A stretch of 64,000 nt of DNA from assembly GCA_038087875.1 (NCBI GenBank), contig CM075997.1:2482001-2546000 (forward strand), given 5' to 3'. Below, piece after piece: positions 36,932 to 50,572 of the stretch. Each line of letters starts with the position of its first letter. The first letter of the stretch is position 1. This DNA is from Malacoraja senta (Eukaryota). The notes beneath the pieces were generated by a model that was not told the origin of the DNA, did not search any database, and saw only the letters and a list, made by a program, of their open reading frames with translations. The position numbers and the translations under genes were made by a program.

Positions 36932-37608
36932 TCATAAGTCTTAGGAGCAAAATTAGGCCATTTGGCCCATCAAGTCTGCTCCACCATTCAATCATAGCTG
37001 ATCTATCTTCCCCTCGCAACTCCATTCTCCTGGAACCCCTGACACTCATACCAATCAAGAATCTGTCAATCTCCGCCTTAAAAATATCCACTGACTTGCC
37101 CTCCACAGCCGTCTGTGGCAATGAATTCCACAGATTCGCCACCCTCTGACTAAAGAAATTCCTCCTCATCTCAATAGACAATAGACAATAGACAATAGGT
37201 GCAGGAGCAGGGCATTTGGCCATTTGAGCCAGCACCGCCATTCAATGTGATCATGGCTGATCATTCCCACTCCGCTATTTTTAAGAGCCCTATCTTGCTC
37301 TCTCTTGAAAGCATCCAGAGAACCTGCCTCCACCGCCCTCTGAGGCAGAGAATTCCACAGACTCACCACTCTCTGTGAGAAAAAGTGTTTGCTCGTCTCC
37401 GTTCTAAATGGCTTACTCCTTATTCTTAAACTGTGGCCCCTGGTTCTGGACTCCCCCAACATCGGGAACATGGTTCCTGCCTCTTGCGTGTCCAAACCCT
37501 TAACAATCTCCTTTCTGAAGGTACGTCTTATTATTCTGAGGATATGGCCTCTGGACCTACTCTCTCCCACTAGTGGAAACATCTTCTCCACATCCACTCC
37601 ATCCAGGC
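36932..37608 (-). mobile_element. CR1 LINE 3' fragment with a second CR1 (~37170-37508) nested inside
   Basis: Chimeric ORF 37166-37597 containing two RGH motifs; two different 3' tails. Confidence 0.8.
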
Positions 37609-38479
37609 TATCTCCTGATAGATGAGTTTAAAGTGGCCCATATCCCAGTGAATAGCTTAAAGTGGAAAGTCAATGAAGCTACAGAAGCAGACAAAGAACT
37701 GCCGTTATATTATCCTGTGGACATATTCAATGGACATGAGCTGTTTAATTCTGAGTTGTTTAGCATTTCCCCATTAGTATGTTTCTTTATTTTCTTTTGC
37801 TCTCACAGAACATTAATATTGCAAGGTAACCATGAGTTTGATCAAAAGCTGGGTTCAAGTGAACAAATTCATTTAGTCCATTTAATTTTATTTCTTCCAC
37901 AAATTGAGGCAGGCGTCTGTCCATTACAGGGCATTGATTTTTGTAAAGTCGCTGATGAAGCAGACAGCTGGCCTCTGCATAACATCGATTACCTTAGTCG
38001 GTCATCACATCCAGCAGTACAGCACTCAATGCTACGAAGGTAAGGTCCATGACTGGGGGGTCAGGGTCAGTCTCCACAGAGACAGTAAGGAGAGCCGTCG
38101 ATTAGCAATGGTCCCGCGAGACCTGGGGGCTGTGCGTTCATCGTGGTGCATTTAGTGGAGCTGCTGCCAGACACCTGGAGTTCAATCCTGACCTTGGGCA
38201 CTGAGGTGCTCGTAAATTCTTCCAGCGACCGTGTACGCGTCCTCCGGGTGCTGCGTTTTTTCTCCAGCATCCCAAAGATTTGCGGGGAGGGGAGGTAGGC
38301 TAAATGGCTTCCACAAATTGCCTCTAGCGCGTACGATCTGGGAGGGAAGTTGATGAGAATGTAGGGAGGACAGAATGGGATTTATGGAGGTTTAGTGCAA
38401 ATGGGGGGGTTGATGGTCGGCAATGGTTCGGTGGGCTGAGGGGCCTGTTTCCACATTGTATATGTCTCCAAGACGCTAA

Positions 38480-38786
38480 AGGGCCTGTCCCACTGTACGA
38501 GGTAATTCAAGAGCTCTCTCGAGTTAAAAAAAAAAAAAAACTCATGGTAAGCACGTAGAATGTACGTAGCGGGTACGTCGGAGGTCGTGACGTCTCTTAG
38601 CGGCTCGTAACGCTAACGGCAGGTACTCGGGAAACGCGGTAAGCTCGTGAAGATTTTTCGACATGTTGAAAAATGTCCACGAGAGCCCCGACTACCTACG
38701 AGCGGCTATTACCGTAATTCTCCGAGTTCGAATCAGGGGAAACTCGGGAGAACTCTTGAATTAGCTCGTATAGTGGGACAGGCCCT
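38480..38786. mobile_element. Harbinger-like MITE (partial relatives at ~34126-34330 and ~51079-51200)
   Basis: TIR AGGGCCTGTCCCACT..., flanked by TAA/TTA. Confidence 0.75.
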
Positions 38787-40173
38787 TTAGTCTTGTTAGA
38801 CCGTACGACCATAAAATATAGGAGCAGAATTAGGCCATTCAGCCCATCTAGTCTACTCCACCATTCAATCATGGCTAATCTGGTTCAAAGTAACCACCTA
38901 CCAACCGCCTCTACACTTCTGTGGGTTTTGTTGGAACTGGGATCTGAAGTTTTGGATTCTGCGATGTGTTCTGAGTTCTCCGGATTTACAGAAGTGAATG
39001 AAGACCTGGAAAAAAGCGATCAGGCACATGTAACGGTCCAGGATTTATCATTAGCCATATCATCAGACATTCAGCAAAGAGGCTGCTCATTAAAAGCTTG
39101 AGATTCGATGGACATTTCTAGAATTTCCTGTTCCTATTTGAGCATCTCACGATGCTCTATATGAATGTATCTGCCCTGATCTACCATATGCCTTTCATTG
39201 AAGGGATTGTAAAAAATACTACCGTTCATAGAGGAGCAAGGGGTAGAGCTGCTGCCTCATAGCGCCAGAGATCCGGGTTCAATTCCGACTGCGGGTGCTA
39301 TCTGTGAGGAGTTTCCATGTTCTCCCTGTTACTGCATGAATTTCTTCCGGGTGTTCCCGTTTCCTCCCACGTCCCAAAGACGTGCGGGCTGTCGGTTAAT
39401 TGGCCATCGGTAATTGTCCCCTAGTATGTATGGAGTGGTTAAGTGGGATAATATAGAACCGGTGTGAATGGGTGATCGATGGTCGGCATGGACTCGGTGA
39501 GCTGAAAGTGCTGGAGTAACTCAGCGGGACAGGCAGTATCTCTGTAGAGAAAGAATGGGGAGAGAAGCCTGTCCCGCTGAGTTACTCCAGCATTTTGTGT
39601 CTATCTTTGATTTAAACCAGCACCTGCAGTTCCTTCCTGCACATTTTGTCTGCTCTCTCCAGAGATGCTGCTTGTCCTGCTGAGTTACTCCAGCATTTTG
39701 TGTCTATCTTTGATTTAAACCAGCATCTGCAGTTCCTTCCAACACAGTGGGCTGAAGGACCTGCTTCCATGCTGTATCTCTAGAAAATAAGCATCAAGCT
39801 CACCTGACAGTTCCCATTACTGGCTCTATAGGCCCCGACTGTGTGCCCTACCTGTGGACTTTACAGCCGACAAAATGCCTTTGAAGTATAGTAACATAGG
39901 AAACATGAGGGTGGTTGTACACAGCAAAGCTCCCACCAATGTGCTCATTGTTGTAGCATGTTTCCTTGTGATATTGATCGAGGGATACAATGGAAATGTC
40001 ATCTGTTTCAAACTGTATTGAGATTTTTAATGTTCACCAAACAAGCAGACGGAGTCTTGGCTTAACATCACATTCAAGGGGTGGCATCTTTGGCAGTGCT
40101 GCACTCTCTCAGCACTGCACACAGCGAGTGTCACTCTGTGGCTGCAAATTGCACAAGGTAGCCTGAATCAAGT

Positions 40174-40399
40174 CAATAGACAATAGACAATAGGTGCAGG
40201 AGTAAGCCATTCGGCCCTTCGAGCCAGCACCGCCATTCAATGTGATCATGGCTGATCATCCCCAATCAGTACCCTGTTCCTGCCTTCTCCCCATATCCCC
40301 TGACTCTGCTATTTTTAAGAGCCCTATCTAGCTCTCTCTTGAAAGCATCCAGAGAACCTGCCTCCACCGCCCTCTGAGGCAGAGAATTCCACAGACTCA
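40174..40399 (-). mobile_element. CR1/HER1-like LINE 3' end
   Basis: Same family tail. Confidence 0.85.
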
Positions 40400-43300
40400 A
40401 GTCAGACTAAAGTCAGTGAGCAAACAGTGCTGCTGCTCTGCTGCCAACACACACATGCTACCAATGCAAGAAATGCAATTACGCGTGCTCATTTTAGATC
40501 AGTGTTGCAATCCATTCCATTCTTCGACTTCCTGTGGTCAAGGCCAATTAAACTCTATTTGATGACTACAAAGAATGTGCCCCTCAGCTTAGTTTAGTTT
40601 AGGTTATTGTCACCTGTACCAAGGTGCCCCACAGTGAAAAGCTTTTGTTGCGTGCTATCCAGTCAGCGGAAAGACAATGCATGATTCCAATCAAGCCGTC
40701 CACAGTGTACAATTGCGTGATAAAGGGAATAGCGTGAATAATGTTTAGTGCAAGATAAAGTCCAGTAAAGTCTGACTAAAGATAGTCCGAGGGACTCCAA
40801 TGAGGTAAATAGTAGCTCTGGACTGCTCTCTAATTGGTAATAGGATGGTTCAGTTGCCTAATAACAACTGGGAAGAAACTGACCCCGAATCTGGAGGTGT
40901 GCATTTTCACAATTTTATACCTCTTGCCGGATGGGAGAGAGAAGAGGGTGCGATTTATTGTGAATTCATTTTTAGTTTACAGTGTGGAAACAGGCCCTCC
41001 GGCTCACCAAGTCTGCACCAACCAGCAAACCCCGCACATTAACACACACTAGGGACAATTATACATTTATACCAAGCCAATTAACCTACAAACCTGTACG
41101 TCTTTGGAGTGTGGGAGGAACCTGAAGATCTCGGAGAAAACCCACGTGGTCACGGGGGAAGAACGTACAAACTCCATACAGACAGCACCCGTAGTCGGGA
41201 TCAAACCAGGGTCTCGGGCGCTGTAAGCACTGTAAGAGAGCGCTGTAAGAGAGCCACTCTACCACTGAGCTTGTTTACAAAGATTGAATCATGTCCCCAT
41301 ACTCCAGTTTCCGTCATTAAGTGAATAAAGTGTACCGCATAAGTTCTCGACTGGATATGGGGAGAAGGCAGGAAGGGGGTACTGATTTGGGATGATCAGC
41401 CATGATCCGATTGAATGGCGGTGCTGGCTCGAAGGGCCAAATGGCCTACTCCTGCGTCTATTGTCTATTGTCTATTGACTCAATTATACACGAGAACATT
41501 ATAGGAGATGAAACCTCTGTTACAGTGAATTGCAAGAAGCAGTGAGTGCCCAGTCCAGAGGAAATTTAATAGGAAATGAATGAAAACTTTTACATATTGT
41601 GCAGAAAATGAATTATGCATAAAATAGGTTTAGGTTTATTATTGTCATATGTACTGAGGTTCAGTGAAAAGCTTTGCTTTGCAGAGATCAAATATACCAG
41701 ACATAAATGCAATCAAATCAAACTCAAGTACTTTAGATAGAGCAAAGGAGAAGATACAGAGTGCAGAATATAGTTCTCAGCATTGTAGTACATCAGTTCC
41801 ATAGAATTATGGAATAAGGATAAATGGGTCCAGTTTATGGGCATCTGTCTTCAAGGGGAAGCTAGTTAAACACTTGAGAGGGAGAATGGACTTGGTATGG
41901 TTAAAGATGCTGAGATGGCTCAGTGTGGGAGGAGGTTAATGTGCAGCAAAAACATCCAGCTAGCCTAATGATTTGTTCCATGCTATGTTATATTAAAGTG
42001 GCATTTCATTCAGTAAACCTAAGTCCTCTCTACAAAGACGGAAATAAATCAATAAACACCTTAACATTTGTGCTTTTCTTTTGCTTCCTCCGACAGTGTT
42101 GAATTAAATGAGATTGATTTGAGAAATCCCCCTATACCGAGTCCCCACCACAGGCTGTGTGTGCATCAGTGTAGAGGGTTTAGCAAAGTCAAACACCTGG
42201 TGAATTCGTCATTTGGATTGCCTGCGCTGCGCTCCCGCAGGCTGGCTGAGCAGACTGGTCTAAAGACGTCACTGCCCATTGACGTCATGTGTACACTGAA
42301 GGTGTGACTTGGCAGCATTCCCTCAACGAAATGCAAAGCGCAGTCTACACACTGTCAATAAGCTCGAACGTCCTGTGAGACCTGAGGTAACACTTTGCGG
42401 CAAAGTTTTGTGTACACAATAACAACTGGGCAAAGGATCCCCAGAATGGTAGAAGCCAGTGCTATGGATTAAAAGGGAAGGTGATGCTGAACAAAATGTC
42501 TTTGCAGATATATAAACAAACCAGCAGATGCTGGTTTATACCAAAGACGGACACAAAGTGCTGGAGTAACTCAGCGGGTCAGGCAGCATCCCTGGAGGAC
42601 ATGGATGGGTTAGAAACATAGAAACATAGATTTCTGGGTTAGCCTGGGTTAACCTAGATTAACATGTTAACACACAAAAGGACACAAAGTGAGGCAGCAT
42701 CTATGGAGCGAAGGAAATAGGCAACGTTTCGGGCCGAAACCCTTCTTCAGAAGAAGGGTCTGAAGAAGGGTTTCAGCCCGAAACGTTGCCTATTTCCTTC
42801 GCTCCATAGATGCTGCCTCACCTGCTGAGTTTCTCCAGCATTTTTGTCTACCTTCGATTTTCCAGCATCTGCAGTTCCTCCTTTTTTAAATTTTTTTAAT
42901 TTATTTTATTAGAAGCAATTGTACAAGAATAAAGCAATCGATATGAAAGTTATACAATTTTCGTACAGCTTCATTTTTAACATTAATACATAAATCAAAA
43001 AAAAAAGAAAAAAAAAGGAAAGAATGAAGAAAAAGAAGAAAAATGCAAAAGAGAGAGAAGAAAAGACCCCTAAACCACCAAAGAAGTGCAAGAAGAAAAA
43101 AGAGAAATGAGAAAATAGAAGATGGAGATATGCCCCACTGTCCTTCTTAAACAAAGAACACAAAGTGCTGGAGTAACTCAGCAGGTTATGCAACATCTCT
43201 GGAGAATTTGGATAGGTGACGTGGATGAGTTAGACCCATCAGACTGAAGAAGGGTCTCGACCCGAAACATCGCCTCCATATTCTCCAGAGATGCTGCCTG

Positions 43301-45822
43301 ACCTGTTGAGCTACTCCAGCACTTTGTGTCCTTTTGAGCAAACGCATTGCTCTATTGCTATGACAGGGTAGACAATGGGTTAAGCAGTGTTAAGGAGAGA
43401 GCTGTAGTTTTACAGCGACATCAGAACTGGATTGGTCGTGTATACACAGGAAGCCATGCTGAAAACTCTACCAAATTGACTATTAATTGGAAGATAAGAA
43501 TGGACCTGTTATCCTAACAGCACTCTCTGCTCAAGTGTTACTCCTCTGCTCAGAGTACCACTTGCTCAGTTTATTGTATAAACCTAGTTGACACTAACTG
43601 ACATTTATTGTCATAATTATAAAATGGATTGGTTTGAATTTGTCTATTTATCTTTTTTTTGGAGGCTATTGTTGCTAGCTAAGCCAACATTAGTTGCCCT
43701 TAAATAGTGCACTTAGAGCTTGGTGAGGGGCCTCGCATTGACCATTACCTTCTAAGAGGTAGGCCAAATCAGTCGAGTGAAGCCCAGTGGCAGGTTAACC
43801 ACCACAGTCCACAGGGTATCAGCACCCCAGGCGAAGCTCAACCAAGTACTGTCCCACCAATGGACACGAGTCCAGAGCCCAACCAGCCACAGTCAGCGGT
43901 AGAGAGGAAGATGGAAGGAAAAAAGCAGAATGGAGCAGTCACTGGCTGTGGCTGAAGAGAAAAGATGCTGTCTGGGCTGCCACGTGACCATCTAGAGGCT
44001 AACCATAAGACACACACCCAGGGCTGGTCACCCTGCGGTGGGCCTGCCTTGACTGAGGATGTCTTGTGATAAAAGGCCGAAACACCCAGTGATGTTGAGG
44101 TACACAACTGAAGATGTGTCTGATTGGTAACAAAATCACCTAGTGGTCATGCCCAAGAATACCGGGTGTCAGTTGTGGTGAGGAACCTTAGGGATTGTAA
44201 CATCCAGTCCTACTAATCAATATGTGGTATGCTATCTGCTTAAACTGAAGCAATCCCTTGGGTATAGGAGGCCCTTCTTCGAACTGAGAGTCAGGGGAGA
44301 GGGAAACGAGAGATATGGAAGGGTGAGGTGTCAAGAGAAGAGATCAAAGGGGCAGCAAAAGAGGGTGTTGCAGAACCCTCGTCGGAGAGAGGAGGAGAAC
44401 TCTCTAAAGTAGACATACCCTGAGGAGATTTTGCAGTGGAGCAGACGAAATGTGTAGGAAGGAATTACAGATGCTGGAGTAACTCAGCGGGGCAGGCAGT
44501 ATCTCTGGAGAGAAGGGTGATGTAGTATCCAGCCTGACCCGCTGAGTGACTCCAGCATTTTGTGTCTATTTTCGGTGTAAAACAGCACCTGCAGTTCCTT
44601 CCTACACCTTAGGTAAAGGTCCTTTCTTAGGTCTGTCAGGTAGGAACTATCACAATTTGAACCCAGCAATGATGAAGGGAAAATAATTTATTTCCAAGTC
44701 ATGAGAGTGCACAGCTTTGAGGGGAACCTGTAGGTGGTGGCTTTTCCATGCACCTGCAACCCTTCCCCCTCTTGGAGGTAAAGGTCATGATGTTGGGAGG
44801 TGGTCTCATGGTAGCCTGAGCACGTAACTGAAATGTATTTTGTAGATGATAACCTTGTAGCTACTTGGCACCAGATGTCGAGGGGGAGTGAATGGAGAGA
44901 CAGCAGACTGCAGATGCAGGAATCCCAACAGGCTGCAGATGCTGCGATCCAGTGGGAGGAAGTGAATGTGTAGAAAGGAATTGCAGATGCTGGTTTAAAC
45001 CAAAGATAGACACAAATAGCTGGAATAACTCAGCGGGACAGGCGGCATCTCATGAGAGAAGGAATGGCTGACGTTTCGGGTCGAGACACAGTCTGAAGAA
45101 GGGTCAGAGGGCGGTGGAGGCCAGTTCTCTGGATACTTTCAAGAGAGAGCTAGATAGGGCTCCTAAATATAGCGGAGGCAAGGGATATGGGGAGAAGGCA
45201 GGAACGGGGTACTGATTGTGGATGATCAGCCATGATCACATTGAATGGCAGTGCTGGCTCGGAGGGCAAAATGGCCAACTCCTGCACCTATTGTCTATTG
45301 TCTAAGAAGGGTGCCGACCCCAAAATGTCACCCATTCTATTTCTTCAGAGATGCTGCCTGACCTGCTGAGTTACTCCAGCACTTTGTGTCCATCTTTGGT
45401 ATAAAGCAGCATCTGCAGTTCTTTGTTTCTACATTTTGTCAACAACATGAAATCAGGTAAAACAAAAACCATAAAAATTGAAATTGATTCACAGAGTGAT
45501 TAGTGATTCACTAATTGTTACATAATCCCAACTGGGTCACAGTTGTCTCACCAGATCTATTATATGCAAATCCACTCCCACGTGTGGTTGGCTCTTAGTT
45601 GTCCTCTGATAGGTCCAGCAAGCCATTCAGATGCATCAAATTAGGGGTGGGGTATAATTACAGGCTTGTCAGAGATGAGAAAATAAATTCTTCCATTGCT
45701 AAAGCAGTCTCCAAAACGTGAGGCCCTTTCATGCATTGTGCCATTAATCCCGTTGACTGCTGATCTCTCCTGGCCTGAACTGCCTGTGACACAAAATGTT
45801 GGAGTAATTCAGCAGGTCAGGT

Positions 45823-46246
45823 CAAAGATCCTATATAGACCAAAATATAGGCAAGATAGACCACTCCTGCTAAATGCAATGGGCTGACGTGTAGTACGCA
45901 ACAGTGCGGAACGTGGTCCTTTTTTTCATCCATTTCAGTAACCCGACCCGACCCGACCCGACCCGACTCGCAGTGTAATCAACTTTGCGGGGGAACAGTT
46001 TGTGTTAATAAATTATAACTCTGAAAATGAGGAGAAGGTTTTTACCAAAGAACTTTTATTTTTACGTGGATGTTTCCGTAACCGGCTTCCGTCTCCGCAC
46101 TAGTATCTTTGCTCCGCTATGGGATCTTTGGTGCGGAGACGGAAGCCGGTTACGGAAATGGGGCCGAAAATTACCCATGAATCTGCCCATGACCGTACTA
46201 CGTCTTTTTCGTCGAGTGGACTATCTTGCTCGCTATAGGATCTTTG
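45823..46246. mobile_element. hAT-like MITE (same family, opposite orientation)
   Basis: 8-bp TSD GGTCAGGT; inserted into a Penelope-derived repeat. Confidence 0.9.
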
Positions 46247-48031
46247 GGTCAGGTAGCATCACTGGAGAACATGGATAGGTGACGTTTCGGGTCGGGACCC
46301 AAAGGGTCCCAAACCAAAACGTCACCTATCCATGTTGAAGAAGGGTCCCCACCCTAAATGGCACCTATCCATGTTGAAGAAGGGTCCCGACCCTAAATGG
46401 CACCTATCTATGTTGAAGAAGGCTCCCGACCCGAAACGTCACCTATCTATGTTCTCCAGGGATGCTGCCCGACCCGCTGAGTTAATGCAGCATTTCGTGT
46501 CCACCTTTGGTATAAATCAGCATCTGCAGTTCCTTGTCATTTACAAAATGTCTCCTCCTACCCCCCACTGCTTCTCTTGCCAATTATCTCAAATCTGTGC
46601 CCCCTGCCTATCGGCCTCGCCGACACCGGGAACATTATTCTTGCGTGCTCTCTCAAAACCCGTCAAAGATTTGAAGCAGAAGCAGAGTTAATAGAGAAAT
46701 AGAAGCAGGGTTAATATACAACTGATAAAGGATTATTTTGATAGCTGGATTCCCACCTATTAGCAACGTAGGATTGATATATAAGAAATGTTTGGATTAT
46801 GATATGCACATGCTTCTAATAAAAATATATATTTTTAATAAATAAATAAAAGAATAAAAAATTTGAAGTCCTTTACCAATTCTCCCCTTAATCTACTTTG
46901 TACCAAGCCAGGAAAATGATCCCTTGCTAGCGGGAATAATCTTTTCAAAAAAACATACTGTTGCCGAGCCAAATTATGGGATTGAAGGTATGATTTTGAA
47001 AGTAATGAAATATTGAACACCAGGCACAGTACCAATCAAAATTCACTGGAGTTTAGAAGGATGAGGGGGAATCTTATAGAAACATATAAAATTATAAAAG
47101 GACTGGACAAGCTAGAAGCTAGAGGCAGGAAAATCTAGCACAAAGCTGGCTCTGAGGATAATAATACTGCGTGGGGTTTAAACAGAATAGTGATATCTTT
47201 CTTCCTTTTCGCCCCTTTAATTGGCTTCAGACCTGGGATAAAATGAATGCCTTCAGGATGTTGGTGGTGCTCCAGCAGTTCGGTGGTGAAGAGTATTATG
47301 CCGCAGCAGTCCGAGAAAATGGCACCGTTCCAGCACACAGCTCGTTGGGTTTCTGTGAGGTGCATACTAAGGCTGAAGGTACTTGCTCGGAGTCACCAAT
47401 TTCACCGCACAAATGAGATTTATAAATCTGTTTTTGCTGCTCTCAAGACAGCAGTGCTGTGGCAACAGCCCATCCCCACGATGATTAATCCGGCGGCAGC
47501 ATCAACATAATGAATGGGCCATCGGTAGTTCTGCTCTAATTTACATGGAGAATTTCACTTCCATTTCAATAGGGGGACAGTTATTGTCAAGAAATGTATA
47601 ATATGCAACTGACCCAGCTGCAAACACTGCAATTTACCACCTGCCACCCACACACGCTCCCAAATCACTGACAATCTACTCCCACTTGTGAACCAATGCA
47701 GACATTACATCAAGTACATAAAGGAAAATTCTTTCCATCAGGTGTAGGGTCGATATTAAGAGGGCACGGATTTAAGGTTAAAGAAAATGAAAAAAAAATA
47801 AACTGCAGATGCTAGATATTTGAAACACAGAAAATGTTATAAATACCTAACAGGTCAGACAGCACCTGTGTAAAGAGAAACGGTTAATGTTTTAGGTCGG
47901 GGACCCTTTGTCAGGACTGGGAAAGATGAAAAAAAAACAATTTATTGTTTCTAGGGGAGATGGTGGGGGAGGGATGTGTAGAACAATGTAAACATTTCCG
48001 GTGGGGTGAGACCAAATGGGGCAGTGACTAA

Positions 48032-48199
48032 AGGGCCTGTCCCACTTGGCCGTCATTCGCGCGCCATTTACGCAACCTGCTAGCGTGTGGGTGCGTAACG
48101 GGAGCATGGAGTGGTGTGGAGTGTGGACTTCGTCCTGCACGAAATCTTCGCGCGCCACCGGCCTGTCGCGTAACTGCCGGCCCATGTGGGACAGGCCCG
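48032..48199. mobile_element. Harbinger-like MITE with a different interior
   Basis: TIR GGGCCTGTCCCAC, TAA on both sides. Confidence 0.75.
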
Positions 48200-49572
48200 T
48201 AACACATTAGGCTCTTTTGTCTGTGTAATGTGTTGCAAATGGGCGGCATGGTGGTGCAGTGGTAGAGTTGCTGCCTCACAGCGCCCGAGACCTGGGTTCG
48301 ATCCTGACTACGGGTGCTGTCTGTACAGAGCTTGTACCTTCAGTATGTGAGAGTGGGATAAATACAACCTGTGTATGGGTGATTGTCCTTCATTTTGCAG
48401 CTGACTGACTTGGCAATCCAAGGTTTTTTTATTAGCTGTGTCTTTTTTGGAATGTGAAATAGACATAGCCATTTGTGTTCCCACCAATGCCAATAAAGGA
48501 TACAGCCAAGAAACGTTGTTCATTTTCAGGATCTTCTGAACTCTCATTACTCTTGGGAAGCTGCTCATGTTGCTGCCTTCTTGAACTGCTGCAGTCCTTC
48601 TGGTGAAGATACCGCCACAAGGTTGTTGGGTCGGGAGTTCCAGGAGTAAAAATCAGCAATAATAAAAGTATTTCTAAATCAGGATGGTATGTAAATTTGA
48701 GGCGAACCTGCAAGTGGTGATGTTTCCATGTGCATCCTGCCCTTGTCCTTCTTACTGGCAGGGATCATAAGTTTGGAAAGGCATAGGTGCAATGACTGCA
48801 GATGCTGGAGTAACTCAACGGATCAGGCATCTCTAGAGGACATGGATAGATGATGTTTTGGGTCGGAGCCCTTCTTCAGACTGCTGGGAAGTTTGGGAAG
48901 TGCAGTTAGAATAGCCCAGGTGACTGCCATGAAAGTAGTGCCCTCGGCGGTTGGTATACTCTGCAGCCACTGCAGGCAGAAGCATGGAGGGTTTGGTGTG
49001 GTGGATGGGAGCTAATCAAGCAGACTGCTTATCCTGGATGGTGTGGAGATTCCTGAAAGTAGTAGGACCTGTCACGCATCCAAACAAGTGGAGATTATTC
49101 CCTCGCGCCTTGTAGATGTTGGCAGTGCTTTGGGGTGTCAGGAAGAGAGTCAATTGGCACAGAATACCATGTGGCAGAAGAACTCCCTATGGGCCGCTGC
49201 CATACCCCGGCAGCAGGCCAGGCTCACCCGCTGTGGAACCTGCCAGGAATGGGAGCCTTGTCCAAGGTTTGTCTCCTGCTGGTCCTCAAAGACTAGGAAC
49301 TGAGAACCGGAGGTGGCGGGAGTCGACAACTGCGGGCCTTACTTTGCACCTCCTCAAGGTTGGATGTGGGAGGCACCCCCAGGGCATGAAGGCTGAAGGC
49401 CAGGTGACAGAGGGACGACGGTTCGCTGGCAATCCTGATGGACAATAGGGACAACTGCTGCAATGGGCCTTTAAGGCCAGCTGCAGCTGGGACTTTAAAA
49501 ATGTTGCCAAACCTGGCTACTCTTGCATAAGGACTCAGTGGGCTGTTTCTATGGATTCAGTACTTAATCAGT

Positions 49573-49953
49573 TTGAAACATATAAGATTGTTAAGGGCTT
49601 GGACACACTAGAGGCAGGAAACATGTTCCCGATGTTGGGGGAGTCCAGAACCAGGGGCCACAATTTAAGAATAAGGAGTAAGTCATTTAGAACGGAGACG
49701 AGGAAACACTTTTTCTCACAGAGAGTTGTGAGTCTGTGGAATTCTCTGCCTCAGAAGGCGGTGGAGGCAGGTTCTCTGGATGCTTTCAAGAGAGAGCTAG
49801 ATAGGGCTCTTAAAAATAGCGGAGTCAAGGGATATGGGGAGAAGGCAGGAACGGGGTACTGATTGGGGATGATCAGCCATGATCACATTGAATGGCGGTG
49901 CTGGCTCGAAGGGCCAAATGGCCTACTCCTGCATCTATTGTCTATTGTCTATT
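49573..49953 (+). mobile_element. CR1/HER1-like LINE 3' fragment
   Basis: ETYKIVKGLD...GEKAGTGY* followed by the tail. Confidence 0.9.
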
Positions 49954-50293
49954 AATCGGGGATAGTACATGTGTACAGCAGTAACCTTACTGAACTGTAT
50001 GCAAAAATAGAATTTCACTGAACCTCGGTACACATGATAATAAAAAGAACCATTCAACACCCAAACACTGACATGCCCTTGTAGGCATGGCACTTATGTG
50101 GCTGGTGAAGATGCTTCCAGTCAAGAGTGACCACAAGATATTGGAATCTTAAGCAAAACACAAGAGAGGAAGAAGGGTCATGACCAAAATGTCGTCTGTC
50201 CTTTTCCCTCCACAGATGCTGCCTGATCATCTGAACTCCACCAGTTCTTTGTGTTTTGCACAGGATACCGCATGGGGCACTTCCATATCAATG

Positions 50294-50572
50294 TTTAGTT
50301 TTGAGATACAGCATGGAGGCAGGCCCTTCGGACCAATGATCACCCATATGTTATCCCACTTGCGCACCCTACACACTAGGGGCAATTTACAGAAGACAAT
50401 TAACCTACAAACCTGTATGTCTTTGTAAGAGTAAGGAGGAAACCAGAGCAACCAGAGAACAATTACGCGGTCACAGGGAGAAAGCACAAACTCCGTATAG
50501 ACAGCACCCACAGTCAGGATTGAACCCGGATATCTGGCGCTATGAGGCAGCAACTCTACTGTGCCACCACCA
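50294..50572 (-). mobile_element. HE1-like V-SINE
   Basis: Same consensus. Confidence 0.8.

Noticed and set aside
37573..38043. 156-aa plus-strand ORF ending near AAG|GTAAGG
   Set aside because: Starts inside an antisense CR1, no recognisable protein similarity, weak acceptor.
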